Assembly: GCA_963717505.1 (NCBI GenBank)
Contig: OY970342.1
Location: forward strand, 2,080,001 to 2,144,000
Source of the DNA: Candidatus Eiseniibacteriota bacterium
Lineage (GTDB): Bacteria > Eisenbacteria > RBG-16-71-46
Reading direction: 5' to 3'
DNA length: 64,000 bases
Positions 48,371 to 60,300 of this stretch are shown piece by piece. The first letter of the stretch is position 1. Every line of letters starts with the position of its first letter. The translations under genes were made by a program, and so were the position numbers. The notes beneath the pieces were generated by a model. The model did not search any database, was not told the DNA's origin, and worked only from the letters and a program-made list of their open reading frames with translations.

Positions 48371-51300
48371 CTAGCGGGTCATCACCACGCGACGGATGAT
48401 CGCGCGGCCGTTGACCATCAGGCGGGCCAGGTAGATCCCCGACGCCGCCGGCTCGCCGCGATCGGTGCGGCCATCCCAGGTCGCCGTGTGGCGGCCCGCG
48501 CCCAGATCCGCGCTCTCGACCACGTTCCGGCTGACGCGGCCCATGGCGTCGAAGATCTGCAGTTCCACGCGTCCGGGGCTCGGCAGCGTGTAGCTGAACG
48601 TCACGGTGCCGTGCGACGGCGACGGGTACGGAAGCGCGAACGACAGCACGCTCGGCGCCGGTGTTTCGACTCCGGTCGGGACCGGCACGTAGAAGATGCG
48701 GCCGATCTCGCCGGTCAAGTCCGCGTAGTCGATCGACATGCGGCAGTACCACAGGGCGCCGTCGGGGCCGATCAGGAAGTCGGACACCTCGTCGAATCCC
48801 GTGCCCCAGTCCGTGGGGTTCGGCTGTCCCGGCACCGCCGGAGCGGGCCCCCAGCTCGTGCCGTTGAACTTCAGGCGACGCAGGAAGCCTGCGTAGTGAT
48901 CGCTGTAGAAGTAGTCGCCTTCGTATTCGAGCGGGAAGTCGCAGCTCGCGCATCCAGTGGACCGGTAGACGCCGCCGCTGACCACCGAGGCCGTGAAGCC
49001 GGTCCGATCGTAGGCATAGATCGGCGCCGTGACCACCACGCCATTGGCCAGCGAGTTGCACTGGTTGATGTGGGCGGCCGGTCCCTCGAAGTGCGGCCAT
49101 CCGAAGTTCATGCCCGGTCCGGTCACCCGGTCGATCTCTTCGTACTGGATGTCGCCGACGTCGGCCACGAACAGCTCGCCGTTCGCCGGGTCGATGCTGA
49201 AGCGGAACGGATTGCGCAGGCCCATGGCCCAGACCAGCCGCATGTCGGGATTGGGGTGCGTGAGCAGGGGATTGCCGGGTGCTGCGAGCGACGCGCGGCT
49301 GGGCGGAGGTCCGGCGCCGTTGGCGACTCCGGTGATGTTCAGCCGCAGCAGGACACCCGAGAGCTGGGTCGAATCCTGGGCGGTGCACTGGTTGGAGTCA
49401 TCGCCGAGCGAAACGTACAGCATGCCGTCGGGCCCGAAGCGCAGCGTGCCGCCATTGTGAATCGGGTTCTGATTGGGCAAGCCGCGCAGTATGTCGCGGC
49501 GCGAGTTGGCCAGGATGTGCAGATTGTTGCTGGCGCCGTCGGTCAGGTCGCCCTGAGCGGTCATGCGCGAGATCCGGATCGTCCCGCCCAGCGCCGTGTA
49601 GTGCAGGTAAATGTAGGGCCGGCTCGGCCAATCGGGATCCACCGCGATCCCGAACAGGCCCTGCTCGCCCCCGGTGATCGCGACGCTGTCGACCACGCCG
49701 GCGGGATCGACCGTCGACAGCATGCTGTTCACGATCATGCGAATGTTGCCGCTGTACAGCTCGACGAACAGCAACCGCCCATCCGGCAGGAACGCCATGC
49801 CGGCCGGATAGCTGAGCCCGGCCGCCTTCGCCTGGATCAGGAACCGCTCCGGCAGCTTGACCGGCGCGGCTATCGGGTCGAAGTGGGCATTCACCACCTT
49901 CGGTCCGGTCATCATGACCGAGGTCGGGTTGTCCGGGCCGCTGGCATCGCCACTCCACATCCGGAACCGGTACTGGTGTGCCGGATCCGCGGTGAGCTGA
50001 ACCAGAGTGCCATGGGCGTAGGTGCCGGTCTGGGTCGTCGGTTCCTGCTCCACCAGGCCGCTGCCGATCAGGTTCACGGTCAGCGAATACATGTTGATGC
50101 TGAACGTCGCCGTGATGGTCTTGTTCCGGTTCATGACGACGTTGAGCGGATTCGTCAGCCCGGTGGCGTCACCGCTCCAGCCCATGAAGGTGTGCGCGGC
50201 CGCCGGGTTCGCTGTGATCTGAACCGTCGAGCCGTGCGTGTAGGTCGGCTGGTCGGGCACCTTGACCACCGCACCATTGCCGTCGATGACGATGGTCAGC
50301 GTGTAGCTGTTGATCGTGAAGGTGGCGGTGTAGCTCTTGTTCCCGTTCATGATCTTGGTGAACGGGTTCACGGTGCCGGTGGTGTCGCCGCTCCAGGCCG
50401 TGAAGCTGTAGCCGACCGCCGGGGTCGCGGTGAGCACAACCGAGGTGCCATGGTTGTAGGTCGGCTGGTTCGGGTTCTTGGCCACCGACCCGCTGCCGAC
50501 CGTGGTCACCGACAACGTATAGACGTTGAGGGTGAACGTGGCGGTGTAGCTCTTGTTCCCGTTCATGATCTTGGTGAACGGGTTCATGGTGCCGGTGGTG
50601 TCTCCACTCCAGGCCGAGAACGAATAGCCGAAGCCGGCGCTGGCGTTGAGCTGGACCGCCGTGCCGTGGTTGTAGGTCGGCTGATCCGGGGTCTTGAACA
50701 CCGCGCCGTTGCCGGTCACGAACGTGGTCAGCGTATAGACGTTGATGGTGAAGGTGGCGGTGTAAGTCTTGTTCCCGTTCATGATCTTGGTGAACGGGTT
50801 CATGGTGCCGGTGGTGTCGCCGCTCCAGGCCGAGAACGTGTACCCGGTGCCGGGGTTGGCGGTCAGTTGAACCGAGGTGCCGTGGTTGTAGGTCGGTTGA
50901 TTCGGATTGCGGGCCACGGAGCCGTTGCCGACGATGTTCACCGTCAGGGTATAGGCGTTGATCACGAACGTCGCGGTGTAGCTCTTGCTCTCGTGCAGGA
51001 TCACGGTGAACGGGTTGTTGGTGCCGGTGGTGTCGCCGCTCCACGCCGAGAACGAGTAGCCGCTGCCCGGAACCGCCGTGACCAGAACCGAGGTGCCGTG
51101 ATTGTAGTTCGCCTGGCTGGGGTTCCGGTTCACCGAACCGGACCCGACCACTGAAGTCGAGATCGTGTAGGTGTTGATGGTGAAGGTGGCGGTGTAGCTC
51201 TTGTTCCCGTTCATGATCTTGGTGAACGGGTTCATGGTGCCGGTGGTGTCGCCACTCCACGCCGAGAACGAATAGCCGAAGCCGGCGCTGGCGGTGAGCT

Positions 51301-54300
51301 GGACCGAAGTGCCGTGGTTGTAGGTCGGCTGATCCGGGCTCTTGAACACCGCGCCGTTGCCGGTCACGAAGGTCGTCAGCGTATAGGTGTTGATGGTGAA
51401 GGTGGCGGTGTAGCTCTTGTTCCCGTTCATGATCTTGGTGAACGGATTCATGGTGCCGGTGGTGTCGCCGCTCCACGCCGAGAACGAGTACCCGGTGCCC
51501 GGGACCGCGGTCAGCTGGACCGAGGTGCCGTGGTTGTAGGTGGCCTGGTTCGGGTTGCGGTTCACCGAGCCGCTGCCGACGGTGTTCACCGTCAACGTAT
51601 AGACGTTGATCGCGAAGGTCGCGGTATAGGACTTGTTTCCGTTCATCACCACGGTGAATGGGTTCACGGTGCCGGTGGTGTCGCCACTCCATGCGGCGAG
51701 TGAGTATCCGGTCGAGGGAACCGCGGTGACCAGGACGGAAGTGCCGTGGTTGTAGTTCGCCTGGCTCGGGTTCCGGGTCACCGATCCGGTTCCGGCCGGC
51801 GTCACGCTGGTCGACAGCGTGTAGGTGTTGATGATGAACGTTGCGGTCACAATCTTGTTGCCGTTCATCGAGATGTTTCTGGGGTTGGCCGACCCGCTCG
51901 CGTCACCACTCCAGCTACCGAACGTGTAGCCGACTGCCGGGACGGCGGTCATCTGAACCGAGGTTCCATGGGTGTACGTCGGCTGGTCCGGGTTCCTGAG
52001 GACGGTTCCGCCGCCGACGATGTTAATGGTCAGGGTGTAGGAGTTGATCGTGAAGGTGGCGGTGTAGCTCTTGTTGCCGTTCATGATCTTGGTGAACGGA
52101 TTCATGGTGCCGGTGGTGTCACCGCTCCAGGCCGTGAACGCGTAGCCAATCGCGGGCACCGCGGTGAGCTGAACCGACGTGCCGTGGTTGTAGGTCGGCT
52201 GATCGGGATTCTTGGTGACCGAACCCAAGCCGACCGTGTTCACGGTCAGGGTGTAGCTGTTGATCGTGAAGGTGGCCGTATAGCTGCGGTTCCCATTCAT
52301 GATCTTGGTGAACGGGTTCATGGTGCCGGTGGTGTCGCCGCTCCAACCGGTGAACGAATAGAAGGCGCCCGGAGTGGCCGTGAGCTGAACCGACGTTCCG
52401 TGGTTGTACGACGGCTGGTCTGGGTTCTTGCTCACCGAGCCCGAGCCCACCGTGTTCACCGTCAGGGTGTAGCTATTGATCGTGAAGGTGGCGGTGTAGC
52501 TCTTGTTCCCGTTCATGATCTTGGTGAACGGGTTCATGGTGCCGGTGGTGTCACCGCTCCACGCCGAGAACGAGTAGCCGGTGCCCGGAACCGCCGTGAC
52601 CTGGACCGAGGTACCGTGGTTGTAGGTCGCCTGGCTGGGGTTGCGGTTCACCGAGCCCGACCCGACCACCGAGGTCGATAGCGTGTAGGTGTTGATGGTG
52701 AACGTGGCCGTATAGCTCTTGTTCTCGTGCAGGATCACGGTGAACGGGTTGTTGGTGCCCGTCGTGTCACCACTCCAGCCGGTGAACGAGTAGCCGGTGC
52801 CCGGCACGGCCGTGACCTGGACCGAGGTGCCATGGTTGTAGGTCGCCTGGCTGGGGTTGCGGTTCACCGAGCCCGACCCGACCACCGAGGTCGAGAGCGT
52901 GTAGGTGTTGAGGGTGAAGGTGGCGGTGTAGCTCTTGTTCCCGTTCATGATCTTGGTGAACGGGTTCATGGTGCCGGTGGTGTCGCCGCTCCACGCCGAG
53001 AACGAGTAGCCGAAGCCGGCGCTGGCGGTGAGCTGGACCGAGGTGCCGTGGTTGTAGGTCGGCTGATCCGGGCTCTTGAATACTGCGCCATTGCCGACCA
53101 CCGAGGTCGAGAGCGTGTAGGTGTTGATGTCGAACGTGGCGGTATAGCTCTTGTTCCCGTTCATGATCTTGGTGAACGGGTTCATCGTTCCGGTGGTGTC
53201 GCCGCTCCAGCTGGTGAAGTGGTAGCCGGTGCCCGGCACTGCCGTGACCTGGACCGAGGTGCCGTGGTTGTAGGTCGCCTGGCTGGGGTTGCGGGTCACC
53301 GACCCGGACCCGACCACCGAGGTCGACAGCGTGTAGGTGTTGAGGGTAAACGTCGCGGTGTAGCTCTTGTTCCCGTTCATGATCTTGGTGAACGGGTTCA
53401 TGGTACCGGTGGTGTCCCCGCTCCAGGCCGAGAACGAGTAGCCCAGTCCGGCGCTGGCGGTGAGCTGGACCGAGGTGCCGTGATTGTAGGTCGGCTGATC
53501 CGGGTTCTTGAGCACCGCACCATTGCCGACCACGGAAGTCGAGAGCGTGTAGCCATTGATGGTGAACGTTGCGGTGTAGCTCTTGTTCCCGTTCATGATC
53601 TTGGTGAACGGGTTCATGGTGCCGGTGGTGTCACCGCTCCAGCTCGAGAACGAGTAGCCGCTGCCCGGCACTGCCGTGACCTGGACCGAGGTGCCGTGGT
53701 CGTAGGTCGCCTGGCTGGGGTTGCGAGTCACCGAGCCCGAGCCGACCACCGAGGTCGAGAGCGTGTAGGTGTTGATCGCGAAGGTGGCCGTATAGCTCTT
53801 GTTCTCGTGCAGGATCACGGTGAACGGGTTGTTGGTGCCCGTCGTGTCGCCGCTCCAGCCGGTGAACGAGTAGCCGGTTCCCGGCACGGCCGTGACCTGG
53901 ACCGAGGTGCCGTGGTTGTAGGTCGCCTGGCTCGGGTTCCGAGTCACCGAGCCCGAGCCGACCACCGAGGTCGAGAGCGTGTAGGTGTTGATCGCGAAGG
54001 TGGCCGTATAGCTCTTGTTCCCGTTCATGATCTTGGTGAACGGGTTCATGGTGCCGGTGGTGTCGCCGCTCCACGCCGAGAACGAGTAGCCGAAGCCGGC
54101 GCTGGCGGTGAGCTGGACCGAGGTGCCGTGGTTGTAGGTCGGCTGATCCGGGCTCTTGAATACTGCGCCATTGCCGACCACCGAGGTCGAGAGCGTGTAG
54201 GTGTTGATCGCGAAGGTGGCGGTATAGCTCTTGTTCCCGTTCATGATCTTGGTGAACGGGTTCATGGTGCCGGTGGTGTCGCCGCTCCAGCTGGCGAACG

Positions 54301-57300
54301 AATACCCGGTCCCCGGGACGGCGGTGATCTGAACCGAGGTTCCGTGGTTGTAGGTCGCCTGACTCGGGTTCCGAGTCACCGACCCGGACCCGACCACCGA
54401 GGTCGACAGCGTGTACGTGTTGATCGCGAAGGTCGCGGTGTAGCTCTTGTTCTCGTGCAGGATCACGGTGAACGGGTTGTTGGTGCCGGTCGTGTCGCCG
54501 CTCCAGCCGGTGAACGAATAGCCGGTGCCGGGGACCGCGGTGACCTGGACGGAAGTGCCGTGGTTGTAGGTCGCCTGACTCGGGTTCCGAGTCACCGACC
54601 CCGAGCCGACCACCGAGGTCGACAGGGTGTAGGTGTTGATCGCGAACGTGGCCGTATAGCTCTTGTTCCCGTTCATGATCTTGGTGAACGGGTTCATGGT
54701 GCCAGTCGTGTCGCCGCTCCAGGCGGTGAAGTTGTAGCCGAAGCCCGGGACCGCCGTGACCTGGACCGAGGTGCCGTGGTCGTAGGTCGCCTGACTCGGG
54801 TTCCGAGTCACCGACCCCGAGCCGACCACCGAGGTCGACAGCGTGTAGGTGTTGATGGTGAAGGTGGCGGTATAGCTCTTGTTCCCGTTCATGATCTTGG
54901 TGAACGGGTTCATGGTGCCGGTGGTGTCGCCGCTCCAGCTGGTGAAGTGGTAGCCGGTGCCCGGGAACTGCGGTGACCTGGACCGAGGTGCCGTGGTTGT
55001 AGGTGGCCTGGCTCGGATTGCGGGTCACCGAGCCGCTGCCGATCACTGAAGTCGAGAGCGTGTAGGCATTGAGGGTGAAGGTCGCGGTGTAGCTCTTGTT
55101 CCCGTTCATGATCTTGGTGAACGGGTTCATGGTGCCGGTGGTGTCCCCGCTCCACGCCGAGAACGAGTAGCCGCAGTCCGGCGCTGGCGGTGACCTGAAC
55201 CGAGGTGCCGTGGTTGTAGGTCGGCTGATCCGGGTTCTTGAGCACGGCTCCATTGCCGACCACCGAGGTCGACCGTAGGGTGTAGGCGTTGATCGTGAAG
55301 GTCGCGGTATAGCTCTTGTTCCCGTTCATGATCTTGGTGAATGGATTCATCGTTCCGGTGGTGTCGCCGCTCCAGGCCGAGAACGAGTAGCCGAGGCCGG
55401 CGCTGGCGGTCAGCTGGACCGAGGTGCCGTGGTTGTAGGTCGGTTGATCCGGGTTCTTCAACACCGCGCCATTGCCGATCACCGAGGTCGAAAGGGTGTA
55501 GGCGTTGATGGTGAACGTCGCGGTGTAGCTCTTGTTCTCGTGGAGGATCACGGTGAACGGGTTGTTGGTGCCCGTCGTGTCGCCACTCCACCCGGTGAAC
55601 GAGTAGCCAGTCCCCGGCACCGCCGTGACCTGGACCGAGGTGCCATGGTTGTAGTTCGCCTGGCTCGGGTTGCGGTTCACGGAGCCCGACCCGACCACCG
55701 AGGTCGACAGCGTGTAGGTGTTGATCGCGAAGGTCGCGGTGTAGCTCTTGTTCCCGTTCATGATCTTGGTGAACGGGTTCATGGTTCCGGTGGTGTCGCC
55801 GCTCCACGCCGAGAACGAGTAGCCGAAGCCCGGCGACTCGCGGTGAGCTGAACCGAGGTGCCGTGGTCGTACGTCGCCTGGCTGGGGTTGCGATTCACCG
55901 AGCCCGACCCGACCACCGAGGTCGACAGCGTGTAGGTGTTGATGTCGAACGTCGCCGTGTAGCTCTTGTTCCCGTTCATGATCTTGGTGAACGGGTTCAT
56001 CGTTCCAGTCGTGTCGCCACTCCAGCTGGTGAAGTGGTAGCCGGTGCCCGGTACTGCCGTGACCTGGACCGAGGTGCCGTGGTTGTAGGTCGCCTGGCTC
56101 GGATTGCGGGTCACCGAACCGTTGCCGATCACTGCCGTCGAGAGCGTGTAGGTGTTGAGGGTGAAGGTGGCGGTGTAGCTCTTGTTCCCGTTCATGATCT
56201 TGGTGAACGGGTTCATGGTGCCTGTCGTGTCACCGCTCCAGGCCGAGAACGAGTAGCCCAGTCCGGCGCTGGCGGTGAGCTGGACCGAGGTGCCGTGGTT
56301 GTAGGTCGGCTGATCCGGGCTCTTGAGCACCGCGCCGTTGCCGACCACCGAGGTCGAAAGCGTGTAGGCGTTGATCGTGAAGGTCGCGGTGTAGCTCTTG
56401 TTCCCGTTCATGATCTTGGTGAACGGGTTCATCGTGCCGGTGGTGTCGCCACTCCAGCTGGTAAAGGAATATCCGGTGCCCGGGACCGCCGTGACCAGAA
56501 CCGAGGTGCCGTGGTCGTAGGTCGCCTGGCTCGGGTTGCGAGTCACCGAGCCCGACCCGATCACCGAGGTCGACAGCGTGTAGGTGTTGATCGCGAAGGT
56601 GGCGGTATAGCTCTTGTTCTCGTGGAGGATCACGGTGAACGGGTTGTTGGTGCCCGTCGTGTCGCCGCTCCAGCCGGTGAACGAGTAGCCGGTGCCCGGG
56701 ACCGCAGTGACCTGGACCGAGGTGCCGTGGTTGTAGTTCGCCTGGCTGGGGTTGCGGTTGACCGAGCCCGACCCGACCACTGAGGTCGACAGCGTGTAGG
56801 TGTTGATCGCGAAGGTGGCGGTATAGCTCTTGTTCCCGTTCATGATCTTGGTGAACGGGTTCATGGTTCCGGTGGTGTCGCCGCTCCAGGCCGAGAACGA
56901 GTAGCCGAAGCCGGCGCTGGCGGTGAGCTGGACCGAGGTGCCGTGGTTGTAGGTCGGCTGATCCGGGCTCTTGAACACCGCTCCGTTGCCGACCACCGAA
57001 GTCGAGAGCGTGTAGGTATTGATCGTGAACGTGGCGGTGTAGCTCTTGTTCCCGTTCATGATCTTGGTGAACGGGTTCATGGTGCCGGTGGTGTCGCCAC
57101 TCCAGCTCGAGAACGAGTAGCCGGTCCCCGGAACCGCCGTGACCACGACCGAAGTGCCGTGGTCGTAGGTCGCCTGGCTGGGGTTGCGGTTCACCGAGCC
57201 GGATCCGACCACCGAGGTCGACAGGGTGTAGGTGTTGATCGCGAAGGTCGCGGTGAAGCTCTTGTTCTCGTGCAGGATCACGGTGAACGGGTTGTTGGTG

Positions 57301-60300
57301 CCGGTGGTGTCGCCGCTCCAGCTGGTGAAGTGGTAACCGGTCCCTGGAACTGCCGTGACTTGGACCGAGGTGCCATGGTTGTAGTTCGCCTGGCTGGGGT
57401 TCCGAGTCACCGAGCCCGAGCCGACCACCGAGGTCGACACCGTGTAGGTGTTGATCGCGAAGGTGGCGGTGTAGCTCTTGTTCCCGTTCATGATCTTGGT
57501 GAACGGGTTCATGGTGCCTGTCGTGTCACCGCTCCAGGCCGAGAACGAGTAGCCGAAGCCGGCGCTGGCGGTGAGCTGGACCGAGGTGCCGTGGTTGTAG
57601 GTCGGCTGATCCGGGCTCTTGAACACCGCGCCGTTGCCGACCACCGAGGTCGACAGCGTGTAGGTGTTGATCGCGAAGGTGGCGGTATAGCTCTTGTTCC
57701 CGTTCATGATCTTGGTGAACGGGTTCATGGTGCCGGTGGTGTCACCGCTCCAGCTCGAGAACGAGTAGCCGAGGCCGGCGCTGGCGGTGAGCTGGACCGA
57801 GGTGCCGTGGTTGTAGGTCGGCTGATCCGGGTTCTTGAGCACCGCGCCATTGCCGACCACCGAGGTCGACAGCGTGTAGGCGTTGATCGCGAACGTGGCG
57901 GTATAGCTCTTGTTCCCGTTCATGATCTTGGTGAACGGGTTCATGGTGCCGGTGGTGTCGCCGCTCCAGCTCGAGAACGAGTAGCCGGTTCCCGGCACCG
58001 CCGTAACGATGACCGAGGTGCCGTGGTCGTAGGTTGCCTGGCTGGGGTTCCGGTTGACCGAGCCGGACCCGACCACCGAAGTCGAGAGCGTGTAGGTGTT
58101 GATCAGGAAGGTGGCGGTATAGCTCTTGTTCCCGTTCATGATCTTGGTGAACGGGTTCATGGTGCCGGTGGTGTCGCCACTCCAGGCCGAGAAGGAGTAG
58201 CCGAGGCCGGCGCTGGCCGTGAGCTGGACCGAGGTGCCGTGGTTGTAGGTCGGCTGATCCGGGTTCTTGATCACCGCGCCGTTGCCGACCACCGAGGTCG
58301 ACAGGGTGTAGGTGTTGATCGTGAAGGTCGCGGTGTAGCTCTTGTTCTCGTGCAGGATCACGGTGAACGGGTTGTTGGTGCCCGGTGGTGTCGCCGCTCC
58401 AGCCGGTGAACGAGTAGCCGGTGCCCGGCACCGCCGTGACCTGGACCGAGGTGCCGTGGTTGTAGTTCGCCTGGCTCGGGTTCCGGTTCACCGAGCCCGA
58501 CCCGACCACCGAGGTCGACAGCGTGTAGGTGTTGATGTCGAACGTGGCGGTGTAGCTCTTGTTCCCGTTCATGATCTTGGTGAACGGGTTCATGGTGCCG
58601 GTGGTGTCGCCACTCCAGCTGGTGAAGTGGTAGCCGAAGCCCGGCACCGCCGTGACCTGGACCGATGTCCCGTGGTCGTAGGTGGCCTGGCTCGGATTCC
58701 GGTTCACCGATCCCGATCCGACCACCGAGGTCGACAGCGTGTAGGTGTTGATCAGCGAAGGTGGCGGTGTAGCTCTTGTTCTCGTGCAGGATCACCGTGA
58801 ACGGGTTGTTGGTGCCGGTGGTGTCGCCGCTCCAGCTGGTGAAGTGGTAGCCGGTCCCTGGAACTGCCGTGACCTGGACCGAGGTGCCGTGGTTGTAGTT
58901 CGCCTGGCTCGGGTTGCGGTTCACCGACCCCGACCCGACCACCGAGGTCGACAGCGTGTAGGTGTTGATCGCGAAGGTGGCGGTGTAGCTCTTGTTCCCG
59001 TTCATGATCTTGGTGAACGGGTTCATGGTGCCGGTGGTGTCGCCGCTCCAGCCGAGAACGAGTAGCCGAAGCCGGCGCTGGCGGTGAGCTGGACCGAGGT
59101 GCCGTGGTTGTAGGTCGGCTGGTCCGGGCTCTTGAACACCGCGCCGTTGCCGACCACCGAGGTCGAGAGCGTGTAGGTGTTGATCGCGAAGGTGGCGGTG
59201 TAGCTCTTGTTCCCGTTCATGATCTTGGTGAACGGGTTCATGGTGCCGGTGGTGTCGCCACTCCAGCTCGAGAACGAGTAGCCGGTCCCCGGGACCGCCG
59301 TGACCAGGACCGAGGTGCCGTGGTCGTAGGTCGCCTGGCTCGGGGTTGCGGTTCACCGAGCCCGATCCGACCACCGAGGTCGACAGCGTGTAGGTGTTGA
59401 TCGTGAAGGTGGCGGTGTAGCTCTTGTTCTCGTGCAGGATCACGGTGAACGGGTTGTTGGTGCCGGTCGTGTCGCCGCTCCAGCCGGTGAACGAGTAGCC
59501 GGTCCCCGGCACTGCCGTGACCTGGACCGAGGTGCCATGGTTGTAGTTCGCCTGGCTCGGGTTGCGGTTGACCGACCCCGATCCGACCACCGAGGTCGAC
59601 AGCGTGTAGGTGTTGATCGCGAAGGTGGCGGTGTAGCTCTTGTTCCCGTTCATGATCTTGGTGAACGGGTTCATGGTGCCGGTGGTGTCGCCGCTCCAGC
59701 CGAGAACGAGTAGCCGAAGCCGGCGCTGGCGGTGAGCTGGACCGAGGTGCCGTGGTTGTAGGTCGGCTGGTCCGGGCTCTTGAACACCGCGCCGTTGCCG
59801 ACCACCGAGGTCGACAGCGTGTAGGTGTTGATCGCGAACGTGGCGGTGTAGCTCTTGTTCCCGTTCATGATCTTGGTGAACGGGTTCATGGTCCCGGTGG
59901 TGTCACCACTCCAGCTCGAGAACGAGTAGCCGAGGCCGGCGCTGGCGGTGAGCTGGACCGAGGTGCCGTGGTTGTAGGTCGGCTGATCCGGGGTCTTGAA
60001 CACCGCGCCATTGCCGACCACCGAGGTCGACAGCGTGTAGGTGTTGATCGCGAAGGTGGCGGTGTAGCTCTTGTTCCCGTTCATGATCTTGGTGAACGGG
60101 TTCATGGTGCCGGTGGTGTCCCCGCTCCAGCCGAGAACGAGTAGCCGGTCGCCGGCACTGCCGTGAGCTGGACCGAGGTGCCGTGGTTGTAGGTCGGCCT
60201 GGCTCGGGGTTCCGGTTCACCGAGCCGGTCCCGACCACCGAGGTCGACAGGGTGTAGGTGTTGATCGCGAAGGTGGCGGTGTAGCTCTTGTTCCCGTTCA